IMG/VR virus record: IMGVR_UViG_3300042567_001420
DNA length: 64,000 nucleotides
From: a virus
Taxonomy: Duplodnaviria; Caudoviricetes
Reading direction: 5' to 3' (one strand)
Shown: positions 27,785 to 36,687 of the stretch, piece after piece
Layout: every line of letters starts with the position of its first letter
How positions within the stretch are numbered: the stretch's first letter is position 1
Notes under the pieces: generated by a model
Seen by the model: only the letters and a program-made list of their open reading frames with translations
What the model was told of the DNA's origin: nothing
Databases searched by the model: none
Program-made: the position numbers and the translations under genes

Positions 27785-28792
27785 TCACTCAAAATTAGTA
27801 CACATATCTTCAACTAAACTATCGAATGTATGCTCAGGCTGCCAACCTAACACACTCTTTGCCTTTGATGGATCGCCCAATAAAGTTTCTACTTCTGCAG
27901 GGCGGAAGTATTTTTCATCTACTCGAATAATTACTTTATTATTGTAATTATTAATACCTACTTCGTTTAGGCCTGCGCCTTCCCAACGAATAGACAAGTG
28001 ATAGTATGGCGCGCACTTATTAACAAAATCTTTTACCGAATATTGTTCACCGGTGGCAATAACAAAATCATCAGGTGTGTCTTGTTGCAACATTAACCAC
28101 ATTGCTTTAACATAATCTTTAGCGTGCCCCCAATCACGTTTTGCATTTAAATTGCCCATAGATAAACATTCTTGCCGACCTGAACTAATTGCTTCAAGTC
28201 CATCTACAATTTTCTTGGTTACAAAATTATGTCCTCGACGAGGAGATTCATGATTAAATAAAATACCAGAACAGGCAAACATATTATAAGATTCACGATA
28301 ATTTTTAACAATCCAAAATCCATATAGTTTAGCTACACCATATGGTGAGCGAGGATAAAATGGGGTTGTTTCTTTTTGTGGGATTTCTTGCACCAATCCA
28401 TATAACTCAGATGTAGATGCCTGATAAATTTTAGTCTTATGTTCTAAATTTAGTAATCTAACTGATTCAAGAATTTTTAAAGTACCTAATGCATCAACTT
28501 GTGCAGTATATTCAGGAGTCTCAAATGAAACTTTAACATGACTTTGTGCAGCCAAATTATAGATTTCATCTGGCTCATACTTTTTAAGTATGTTCATAAG
28601 TGACAAAGAGTCAGTTACGTCGCCATAATGTAGTTTTAAATTTGGGTTATCGTAGATGTGGTCGATGCGACCTGTGTTGATTGACGAACTACGTCTAATA
28701 ATGCCGTGAACCATATAACCCTTTTCGAGTAATAGTTCTGCAAGGTACGATCCGTCTTGGCCTGTAATACCAGTAATTAATGCTGTTTTCAT
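27785..28792 (-). CDS. gmd: GDP-mannose 4,6-dehydratase
   Basis: [48 protein letters not shown]. Confidence 0.97.
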   Translation of the reverse strand: MKTALITGITGQDGSYLAELLLEKGYMVHGIIRRSSSINTGRIDHIYDNPNLKLHYGDVTDSLSLMNILKKYEPDEIYNLAAQSHVKVSFETPEYTAQVDALGTLKILESVRLLNLEHKTKIYQASTSELYGLVQEIPQKETTPFYPRSPYGVAKLYGFWIVKNYRESYNMFACSGILFNHESPRRGHNFVTKKIVDGLEAISSGRQECLSMGNLNAKRDWGHAKDYVKAMWLMLQQDTPDDFVIATGEQYSVKDFVNKCAPYYHLSIRWEGAGLNEVGINNYNNKVIIRVDEKYFRPAEVETLLGDPSKAKSVLGWQPEHTFDSLVEDMCTNFE

Positions 28793-28826
28793 TTTCAATT
28801 CCTATAATGAATTTATAATATACATT

Positions 28827-28834
28827 TATTTATA
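28827..28834 (-). promoter_or_regulatory. T4-type late promoter heading the glycan operon
   Basis: TATAAATA between the terminator and the gmd RBS (context GGTGTTATAAATA). Confidence 0.7.
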
Positions 28835-28850
28835 ACACCTTAAATAGGTT

Positions 28851-28872
28851 AAAGGGCACTTTCGTGCCCTTT
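28851..28872 (-). terminator. Intrinsic terminator after the AAA ATPase
   Basis: AAAGGGCAC-GAAA-GTGCCCTTT, GNRA loop. Confidence 0.8.
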
Positions 28873-28888
28873 GGTTAAATTAAAGTAT

Positions 28889-30076
28889 TTAAAATGGGAT
28901 GTCCTCATCCTCTGTAACCTTGTTTTCTTGAACTGGGGCAATTGGTTCTTCCATCGGAGGGGAATCAATCTTAGAATACAAATCCATAAACGCATTCTTT
29001 GTGTCATCGTCAAAACGATTAATACACAGATTAATTGCCTTGCTACGATCTTTAAATACTGAAAATGCTTTTACAATATGAACAAGACGTCGAGTAGAAA
29101 TCAATTCGTCAATTGCATCTTCCATATATGTCTTACGAATAATCTCTGCCCATGCAACCAACTTGTCTGCAAATTCTTCATCCACGCAATTGCTTGTTTC
29201 CATATTGTTGATAATGATCTTGCGCTCAATTGATGTTGAAGGATATTCTTGTTCAACTGTAATTGGGAATCGCTCTAAGAAAGCTTCGTCAAGAATTTGT
29301 GCCGCAATATACTTGCCGTCATCTGTACCTCGACCTTTAGTATTTGCTGTAGCAATAACATTAAAGCCTTCGGCCGGATAAATTACTTCACCGTTCTTTT
29401 TATTAAAGTATGACTTGCCTTCAAGGATACCCTGAATACACATCAACTTATTTGAACCACGATCAATTTCGTCAATCAAAAGAACTGCGCCACGCTTCAT
29501 TGCTGTAATAACTGGACCTTCACGGAATGTAACATTGCCGTCAATCAAAGTAGAACCACCTACAAGGTCATCCTCATCGGTTTCAATAGAAACATTGACA
29601 CGAATACATTCACGTTTTAATTTAGCACATACTTGTTCTACCATTGTAGTTTTACCGTTACCAGTAAGACCAGTAATAAACAATGGATAAAATGCTTTAG
29701 ATTTTACAATAGATTCTAGATCTTTATAAAAACCAAACGGCACATATGTTGCGTCTTTATTTGGAATTAGGTTGTCAACCTCTGTTACTAGTTTGCGTTG
29801 ACGCAATTGAACAACTTGAGCTTGCATTGCAGGCATTTCTACAGGAGAAGCTGTTACTGGAGTATGGGGAATGTTATTCATTTTATCTGTTCCAAATGCA
29901 TCAAGATTAATAATACCACGGCCTGCTCGATATGCCTCACCGTTGATCAACCAGTTAGGCATAGTAATGTCTTTTTGCTTGATAAAAGCAATAACATCTT
30001 TTCTAGCAGCGGTTTTACCAAATGCTTGAATCAGATCAGATACAATTTGTTTCTTTTGAATGTCAGTAGATTTCAT
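28889..30076 (-). CDS. MoxR/CobS-like AAA+ ATPase
   Basis: GLTGNGKT, LLIDEID, ATANTKGRG, AFLERF, ISTRRL. Confidence 0.92.
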   Translation of the reverse strand: MKSTDIQKKQIVSDLIQAFGKTAARKDVIAFIKQKDITMPNWLINGEAYRAGRGIINLDAFGTDKMNNIPHTPVTASPVEMPAMQAQVVQLRQRKLVTEVDNLIPNKDATYVPFGFYKDLESIVKSKAFYPLFITGLTGNGKTTMVEQVCAKLKRECIRVNVSIETDEDDLVGGSTLIDGNVTFREGPVITAMKRGAVLLIDEIDRGSNKLMCIQGILEGKSYFNKKNGEVIYPAEGFNVIATANTKGRGTDDGKYIAAQILDEAFLERFPITVEQEYPSTSIERKIIINNMETSNCVDEEFADKLVAWAEIIRKTYMEDAIDELISTRRLVHIVKAFSVFKDRSKAINLCINRFDDDTKNAFMDLYSKIDSPPMEEPIAPVQENKVTEDEDIPF

Positions 30077-30107
30077 AATAAAGTAGTCTCACGGTTAATC
30101 ATAATTA

Positions 30108-30136
30108 ATTATAACACCTTTTGGTTTCGGTGTCAA
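30108..30136 (-). promoter_or_regulatory. Consensus sigma70 promoter
   Basis: TTGACA-N17-TATAAT with extended -10 TG. Confidence 0.85.
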
Positions 30137-32373
30137 GCAATTTCTGCAATAAATTTGTTCAAAAGCACACGATTAATTAGCTTTTTCTTTTGATTTGTAA
30201 TAAAAGCTTTCATAATATCCTTTTTGGACGAATCTTTTTCAACAGATAATTCGGAATTTTCTACAATCAAATCTTTATTATTTACCAAAAAATACTTGTC
30301 ATATCCTGCATCTTTTAGATCGTAAAATTTATTCTTTCGCATAAATGTATAAATCGAATCCACATTCTCAGTAGGCTGACCTGCAGTACCGAGGAATCCT
30401 TTAATACCATTTCTGCTAGTATATGAACTAATATAATATCCAACTAAATTTGTACCTGTGCGTTCTTTCAACAAACGAAGTAAAGCAGTAGTCATATGTT
30501 CACGGGGTTTTGCATAACCAACTTTACCTGTTTCTTTATCAGTTATAATAAGATTATAACCTTTATGCTTGCTTGCATTATATTCGGAAGATATCATACG
30601 ACCATAAGATCTCTGTTCGCCATTTTTTTCGTCAATCACAACTAGCATATCGGTATCGTTAGCTTCGCCATCTGTTAGGAAAATAGTGTTTACTACATCT
30701 AATCGATAAGCTGTCTTAAATTCTGGAATGATATAATTAGCAAGAACCAATGCTTCATTCAACGGGGTACCTGCTAAACGCAATTCAAGAGGTAATTGGC
30801 GTTCACGAAATCTTGCAATTGATGCGTCTGTATGGTTATATCTATCTTTAAGATAATATTCATACACTTTACCATATTGAAGCAGACGTGTTTGAGCTGT
30901 ACGATATTGTTTGCTATCCATAGTATTAGATAATAACTGCAACAAACGGAAACTTCTGTCTTCTAAGCAAAGATCTTTCGATCTGCGGGAATACCGAATT
31001 TTAGCATTTTTAGAAAAACCTAAATGAGATTCAAATCCTGCATCGCAGTTTGTAAACGCATAAACTTCAAAAGGAATATTAACCTTGCGACAAAAATCTG
31101 CAAGAATCAAAGTTTGTTCAATTGTAGATGTAATGTTGTTTGTCATTGAACCCGACCAATCAACGAACATTACCATGCCGTGATTCTTGCCGAATGGAAT
31201 TTTAGTAACACGCTTGAAAAGATCTTCTTTGAATTTATATGCGAATACTTTTTCAACATCCAACTCACCTGTCTTAGACACACTTGCTCTGGCAAATTGC
31301 GCAGCATTTCGTTTCAATTCAAATTCTTTAACAAGATATTGAATGAATCTTGAATTTGTTTCTTTGTATTCTGATAATAGTGTAGTTGGATTAAATGCGT
31401 CGCCTTCTTTCAATGTCATGTCATACGTTGCATTGGCAACCTGTTCTTTAACAAAGGTTTGATAATTATCAACTGAGGTCCAAGCAGATTGTTCGTATAC
31501 TTTTTTATAGGATACAATAAAATCTTTAGTATTTACTAATGGTAAATTGACATAACAGTATGGTCGGATTTCGTCAGAAATAAGGGTTTCTTCTTTTTGA
31601 CGGAATACTTTGTCTGTGAATGATTCTGGGTCAATATCCCTAGTCATTCCACGATATTGTTTTCTCTTTGAATCTAAGTCCTCGTCACCATCCTCATCTT
31701 CATCTGAAAAGTCTGAATCATATTCAGAATCAATATCATAATCGCCACCTTCGTCTTCACCATCTTCACCATCTTCCCCTGGTTCATATTCAAAATCGTC
31801 AAACGAGTTTGTTTGCATTTCTTCTTTGCGAAGCTCATAAAGACTTTTGGCAATTCTAAGAACATCATCCCAGTGCGATGCATTATCAATGTCAGTTAAA
31901 ATTGCTTGTTCATCGGATGAGAAATGAACATTCATAAAAGGACCAACCTTATAGTGCAGATTAATTCGGTCTATCAATGCCAAGCCATTAATATCCACAT
32001 CTGCAATACCAAAGAAGTCTTTTTCAATCAGTTCTTTGTATGCCTTGTAAAAAGCAGAACGAAGACCAGGGTATCGAGATTTAATAGCTTTCTCGATACG
32101 TGCATCTTCGATCACATTAAGATATGATTTAAAACCTTTTGGATGTGATGTGACGGCTGTGTGCCAGCCTTCGGCGGGGGTTTCCCATGCATGACCTACT
32201 TCATGACCTACAAGCAAGTCATAAAGTTCAGTGGACATTTCTTTCCAGATGGGGAGAACAAGAACTCTGTTCTTGGGATCAAAATAAGCAGTGCTTACAT
32301 TGCGGTGCTCAACCGAAAGATTTTCTTGAGCTAGAAGTTTGGCAAGCGTTGACTTTGAATTTGCTAGTGTCAT
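30133..32373 (-). CDS. VWA-domain protein with N-terminal HEXXH motif (CobT-like partner of the AAA ATPase)
   Basis: HEVGH, NVIEDARIE, acidic linker, MIDAS-like DWSGSM, GTPL, TDGE. Confidence 0.85.
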   Translation of the reverse strand: MTLANSKSTLAKLLAQENLSVEHRNVSTAYFDPKNRVLVLPIWKEMSTELYDLLVGHEVGHAWETPAEGWHTAVTSHPKGFKSYLNVIEDARIEKAIKSRYPGLRSAFYKAYKELIEKDFFGIADVDINGLALIDRINLHYKVGPFMNVHFSSDEQAILTDIDNASHWDDVLRIAKSLYELRKEEMQTNSFDDFEYEPGEDGEDGEDEGGDYDIDSEYDSDFSDEDEDGDEDLDSKRKQYRGMTRDIDPESFTDKVFRQKEETLISDEIRPYCYVNLPLVNTKDFIVSYKKVYEQSAWTSVDNYQTFVKEQVANATYDMTLKEGDAFNPTTLLSEYKETNSRFIQYLVKEFELKRNAAQFARASVSKTGELDVEKVFAYKFKEDLFKRVTKIPFGKNHGMVMFVDWSGSMTNNITSTIEQTLILADFCRKVNIPFEVYAFTNCDAGFESHLGFSKNAKIRYSRRSKDLCLEDRSFRLLQLLSNTMDSKQYRTAQTRLLQYGKVYEYYLKDRYNHTDASIARFRERQLPLELRLAGTPLNEALVLANYIIPEFKTAYRLDVVNTIFLTDGEANDTDMLVVIDEKNGEQRSYGRMISSEYNASKHKGYNLIITDKETGKVGYAKPREHMTTALLRLLKERTGTNLVGYYISSYTSRNGIKGFLGTAGQPTENVDSIYTFMRKNKFYDLKDAGYDKYFLVNNKDLIVENSELSVEKDSSKKDIMKAFITNQKKKLINRVLLNKFIAEIA

Positions 32374-32395
32374 AAGATCTCCTGTCTATAAGACT

Positions 32396-32424
32396 ATTAT
32401 AACATCTTTCGGGGTAGAAGTCAA
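32396..32424 (-). promoter_or_regulatory. sigma70-type promoter
   Basis: TTGACT-N17-TATAAT with extended -10 TG. Confidence 0.82.
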
Positions 32425-32435
32425 CAGAAATTTTG

Positions 32436-32849
32436 CTAGTTTGGACGAGTAATCGAAAGTATTTTTTGGATTTGTGCTTCGATAATCGGAGTTCTATTAG
32501 GCCATTTAATATAATCTTTATCCGGATTTTTTAATAAATTAGCTAATAATGGCAGTATTAATGCCTCAACCTTTTTAAGTTTCTCATTAGAATCTTTATC
32601 AACCAAAACCTTATAACTATCAATATCAAAATTAGAACCAGCTCCCGCTTTGATTATCTCTTCCATTGAATCAATTTTATTATATACGGAATCTAATTTA
32701 TCTTTTAATAATGTTAATTCAACAGATACAGAATCAACTATATCTTGAGTTTTAACTACTGGTTTTTCTACAATAGACTCTTCTGAATCTACAGCTGTAA
32801 ATCCAAAATCAAAACCATTATCATATTCAGTCGGAATCTTTATTGACAT
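32436..32849 (-). CDS. Hypothetical protein
   Basis: FDFGFTAVD...LLKNPDKDYIKWPNR; overlaps the def stop. Confidence 0.7.
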   Translation of the reverse strand: MSIKIPTEYDNGFDFGFTAVDSEESIVEKPVVKTQDIVDSVSVELTLLKDKLDSVYNKIDSMEEIIKAGAGSNFDIDSYKVLVDKDSNEKLKKVEALILPLLANLLKNPDKDYIKWPNRTPIIEAQIQKILSITRPN

Positions 32850-33402
32850 TTAGTGCCTCTATCATTGTTTTAACTGCGTATTTTTTAATTATCTTTTTAC
32901 GCTTATTTTCGAATTTCTTTTTAGCATAATCTAATTTAAATTTAGAAACTCGGTCGGTATAATCAGTACCATTCATATGGTCATATTCATGTTGGAATAT
33001 TCTAGCAGTTAATCCATTAAACTCTTGCTCAATTATCTGCCCCGTTTCATTCTGATATGTAGCTTTAATTTTAATTGGTCTTTTAATACCTAACACAATG
33101 CCAGGATAAGATAAACAACCTTCATTAAATAATTCTTCAATATCACTATATTCTATTATCTCGGGATTAAATACTGCAATTTTAGTTTCACCTAATCCCA
33201 TTACAAATACTCGCAGGTCTAACCCTACTTGATTTGCACTCAAACCTACACCACCTAGTTGTTTCATTCTTTCAAATAAAACAGTAGAAATGCCAGGCGC
33301 GCTTTCACCTTCATTGGTAAAATCATAAAGCGCAGGGGGAGCACGCATTACCTCATTATCGGGTTCAACTAAATTTAATTTGTCTTTTCTTAATATAATC
33401 AT
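32827..33402 (-). CDS. def: Peptide deformylase
   Basis: GVGLSANQVG, EGCLS, QHEYDH. Confidence 0.96.
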   Translation of the reverse strand: MIILRKDKLNLVEPDNEVMRAPPALYDFTNEGESAPGISTVLFERMKQLGGVGLSANQVGLDLRVFVMGLGETKIAVFNPEIIEYSDIEELFNEGCLSYPGIVLGIKRPIKIKATYQNETGQIIEQEFNGLTARIFQHEYDHMNGTDYTDRVSKFKLDYAKKKFENKRKKIIKKYAVKTMIEALNVNKDSD

Positions 33403-35111
33403 GATATTCTACTAAAATTTTGATACTTTTGAAACTTAATTACAGACTTAAATTTATCTAGTAGTTGATCGCCTTTATGCGAAATTACAAATACGTTTGT
33501 ATCTTCACCAATTGTATTTAATAAATTCATTACATAGTCTGTGCCATTTGTGTCTAATGAAGAATCAAATACTTCATCTAATAATAGTAAATTTGTACTT
33601 GCACTATTTTTCATCTTGGCAATTGTTCGCCAAGTAAACAATAACGCTAAATCTATTCTTTGTTTTTCGCCTTCACTAAATGAAGCATAACTAAACTCGT
33701 CTCTGTGTCTAGATTTAATTACTTCATTAAAAGATTCATCCAATTCAAAGTGAACAAAGAAATCCATTGCCGCCAGATACTTATTTACTAATTTATTTAT
33801 TGCAGGTAAGTATTGACGAATGATCTTTGTTTTAATGCCGGTATCTTTTAGCAATACACTTGCAATATCTAAATAATGCTTATCTTCTGATAATTTACTT
33901 TTTTCCCCTGCAAGTGCGACCACTTCCTTGGCCAAGTTTTTAAGTTTCCTCGTTTCATCTTCAATGTTTGCCGTATCATTATTGTTGACTGCCAGGTCCG
34001 CCTGTAGCTTTTGAATGTATGTTTGAGATGCGATGATCTTTGATTGGTATCGAATGATGTTGCTTGTATATTCAGAGATTTTCTTTTCGATCGCATCAAT
34101 CTCATTAAGTCTAGTTTCAACACCTTCAAGTTGCAAGCCAAGGGCTTCAATCGCAGATTGCACTTCTTCACGTTTATGTGTATGAAGTTCGATTGCGGAT
34201 CCTTTGAGATGTTCGTCAAGATCCTGGCTACACGTTGGACAAACATCGTGGTCGTGGTAAAATTGTATGCTTGTTTCTTGATTAGTAATTCTTTCGGAAA
34301 GCTTTCTAAGCAACGCTCCCATCTCCGTACGCTTGTTACGCTTCTCATCGGCGTCAGATATAGAGGATTTACAACTCGTTTCTTTTTCTTGCTCGACCAG
34401 CATTCCTGCATTAAGTTGTGATATCTCAGCATTCGATTCAAGTATGCGCTTTTGTACATCTTCAACTTTCTTTTGTTTGTCGTTTTCGAGGGTTGCAATA
34501 TATTGTTGATGCAACTTGACCTTATTTTTACCTAAGGTAATATCATTTTCAATCTCTGTTATACGAGCTTTTATTTCAGTTGTTTTATCTTTTAATACTG
34601 CATTCATAACTGTGAAAATTTGAATGTCTAAAATATCCTCAATAATTTCACGTCTCGATCCCAATGCTAATTGCATAAAGGGAGTAAATGATGCAGATCC
34701 TAATATAACAATCTGAGTGAATGATTTGTAATTTAATTTTAAAATACTTTCTTCAAGATACTTTTGATAGTCTCTTGCGGCAGCATCTTGATTCAATAAT
34801 ACGTCATTGCAATAGATTTCAAATATGCCAGGTTTCATTCCTCGCACAATTCTATAATCTTTGTTACCGATAGAAAATTCAACCTCAACAACAAGTAACT
34901 TGCCGTTGATAGTATTCATTAACTGCGGTTTGTTAATATTCCTAAATGGTTTATTAAAAAGTACAAAACAAATTGCATCTAAAATAGTGCTTTTGCCTGC
35001 ACCGTTTTCGCCCACAATTAAAGTAGATGAGGATTTAGTAAAATCTATTTCAGTAAATTGTCCGCCGGTTGATAAGAAGTTTTTCCAACGTATTTTCTTA
35101 AATTTTATCAT
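33399..35111 (-). CDS. 46: Recombination endonuclease subunit gp46 (Rad50/SbcC-like)
   Basis: GENGAGKST, CPTC hook, FSEGEK, LLLDEVFD, VISH. Confidence 0.97.
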   Translation of the reverse strand: MIKFKKIRWKNFLSTGGQFTEIDFTKSSSTLIVGENGAGKSTILDAICFVLFNKPFRNINKPQLMNTINGKLLVVEVEFSIGNKDYRIVRGMKPGIFEIYCNDVLLNQDAAARDYQKYLEESILKLNYKSFTQIVILGSASFTPFMQLALGSRREIIEDILDIQIFTVMNAVLKDKTTEIKARITEIENDITLGKNKVKLHQQYIATLENDKQKKVEDVQKRILESNAEISQLNAGMLVEQEKETSCKSSISDADEKRNKRTEMGALLRKLSERITNQETSIQFYHDHDVCPTCSQDLDEHLKGSAIELHTHKREEVQSAIEALGLQLEGVETRLNEIDAIEKKISEYTSNIIRYQSKIIASQTYIQKLQADLAVNNNDTANIEDETRKLKNLAKEVVALAGEKSKLSEDKHYLDIASVLLKDTGIKTKIIRQYLPAINKLVNKYLAAMDFFVHFELDESFNEVIKSRHRDEFSYASFSEGEKQRIDLALLFTWRTIAKMKNSASTNLLLLDEVFDSSLDTNGTDYVMNLLNTIGEDTNVFVISHKGDQLLDKFKSVIKFQKYQNFSRIS

Positions 35112-36163
35112 GCTTCATTATAATGTTGTGCTTCTACATATAAAGTCTTTAGCAAAGTCTTTAACCGCTCTTTGTCAGAATCTGTTTCAACGCTATCTAC
35201 ATAATCAGATAACAATGTCATAGTATCTTCTAGATCAATTGAATCATCCAATGCACTAGCTTCAAACTCTGAAAAGTCTTCTATAATTTTTAATTCTATA
35301 GGATTGTTTGTATAAATAGCTTCTACAAATTTATCGAATTTTAAAATATCTTTTTTGTTAACTACTACGAGTTTAACATACTTGTTAGTAAATATTGACT
35401 TGTCAATTAGATTAGGATCTGTCTTTTCATCGTCATAGTAATGTTTAATAAACATATTAAACGGATTCTGAATAAAATCAAACAAACCAGTATCAGTATC
35501 GAAGATGTAAAATCCTTTAGGATCGCCTTCATCGTTCCAAGCCAGTTCGTATGGAGTACCCAAATATACGATGTTATCTTCGTGCGACCTAGTATGATAA
35601 TGTCCACTGAAAACAGTATTATAGGTTTTCAGCATTGCTCGATCCATACCATCATGACTATCAATACCTTTCATCATTTGAAATCCTGATAGCTCAAAAT
35701 GACCGGCACAAAAATCGGATGCGGATTTAGTTATAAAGTCTGCAATGTCATTTTCATTTTCTTTACAGATCCAAGGAATAATGTCCATTTGAGCATTGTC
35801 AAATTTTAACGTTGTAGGTTCTTGAATGATAGTAATGTTATCGTAATCTTGTAATAACAAATCTGGAGAATTTACTTTTAGGCTTTCTTTCCAGAATATA
35901 TCGTGATTGCCAATTAAGGCAATTAGATCCATTTTCTTTTCAACTATCACATCAAAGAAATATCGTCGTGCCTCAGCAAGAGACATAAAGTTAATATATT
36001 TTCTTCTATCAAATAGATCACCTAGTTGCAATATAGTTTTTATATTGTTTTGTTCTAGATATGGAAAAAGAATCTCGCTATAAAATTTCTCATAATATGC
36101 ATGGAATGCTTTAGAATCATTCCTAACACCAAAATGAGTATCGCCCAATAAACAAAGTTTCAT
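35108..36163 (-). CDS. 47: Recombination endonuclease subunit gp47 (Mre11/SbcD-like)
   Basis: GDTHFG, LGDLFD, GNHD, SGHYH. Confidence 0.96.
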   Translation of the reverse strand: MKLCLLGDTHFGVRNDSKAFHAYYEKFYSEILFPYLEQNNIKTILQLGDLFDRRKYINFMSLAEARRYFFDVIVEKKMDLIALIGNHDIFWKESLKVNSPDLLLQDYDNITIIQEPTTLKFDNAQMDIIPWICKENENDIADFITKSASDFCAGHFELSGFQMMKGIDSHDGMDRAMLKTYNTVFSGHYHTRSHEDNIVYLGTPYELAWNDEGDPKGFYIFDTDTGLFDFIQNPFNMFIKHYYDDEKTDPNLIDKSIFTNKYVKLVVVNKKDILKFDKFVEAIYTNNPIELKIIEDFSEFEASALDDSIDLEDTMTLLSDYVDSVETDSDKERLKTLLKTLYVEAQHYNEA

Positions 36164-36166
36164 GTA

Positions 36167-36649
36167 TTAATTAAATTCGTTGTCTTCTCTATGACCAGAA
36201 CGGCCTGCCATATTAGAATCAGTCTCGCGAACTTCTACTCGGCAGCACCAAACTCTTTTAGCTTCTTCGCTGCCGCAATTTGGCAAAAAGATTGTGTTAA
36301 TATATTCATATAAGAAGTCAGATAAACCTTCACACCCTGTACGCTCTACTTCTGTGATCTTAGCTAGTTTTAATCTACCCAATTCCAATAGATGTTCGCG
36401 CATTGGATCATCTTGTGCAACTAGCAGAGTGTGGTCAAACCATTCTTCTAGCTTGTCTTTAAGTGGTCGTAGCCCACCAAAATCAGTTACCCAATTACGA
36501 GCATCCAATGTATCTGCTTCAAATTCGAAATGAAAACTCATGGCATAACCATGAATCAAATTACAATGTGAATCTGCACGCCATTGCCGATATGCAACCG
36601 GACCTATTTGTCTATATGTTTTTGTTGAGAAGAATTTTTTATTTGCCAT
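36167..36649 (-). CDS. queD: 6-carboxy-5,6,7,8-tetrahydropterin synthase QueD
   Basis: HCNLIHGY, WVTDFGGL, FDHTLLVA, VEVRET. Confidence 0.9.
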   Translation of the reverse strand: MANKKFFSTKTYRQIGPVAYRQWRADSHCNLIHGYAMSFHFEFEADTLDARNWVTDFGGLRPLKDKLEEWFDHTLLVAQDDPMREHLLELGRLKLAKITEVERTGCEGLSDFLYEYINTIFLPNCGSEEAKRVWCCRVEVRETDSNMAGRSGHREDNEFN

Positions 36650-36687
36650 CTCTTGCCTCTTTAAGTAAGTTTGACGACATGCAGAAT

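Noticed and set aside
28889-30076. Reading the AAA ATPase as a cobalamin-synthesis (cobS) metabolic gene
   Set aside because: No other cob genes are present; MoxR-type ATPase plus VWA pairs are general in T4-like phages.
33869-34498. 209-aa alternate-frame ORF inside gp46
   Set aside because: Fully nested in an essential gene; explained by the local GC-richer composition.
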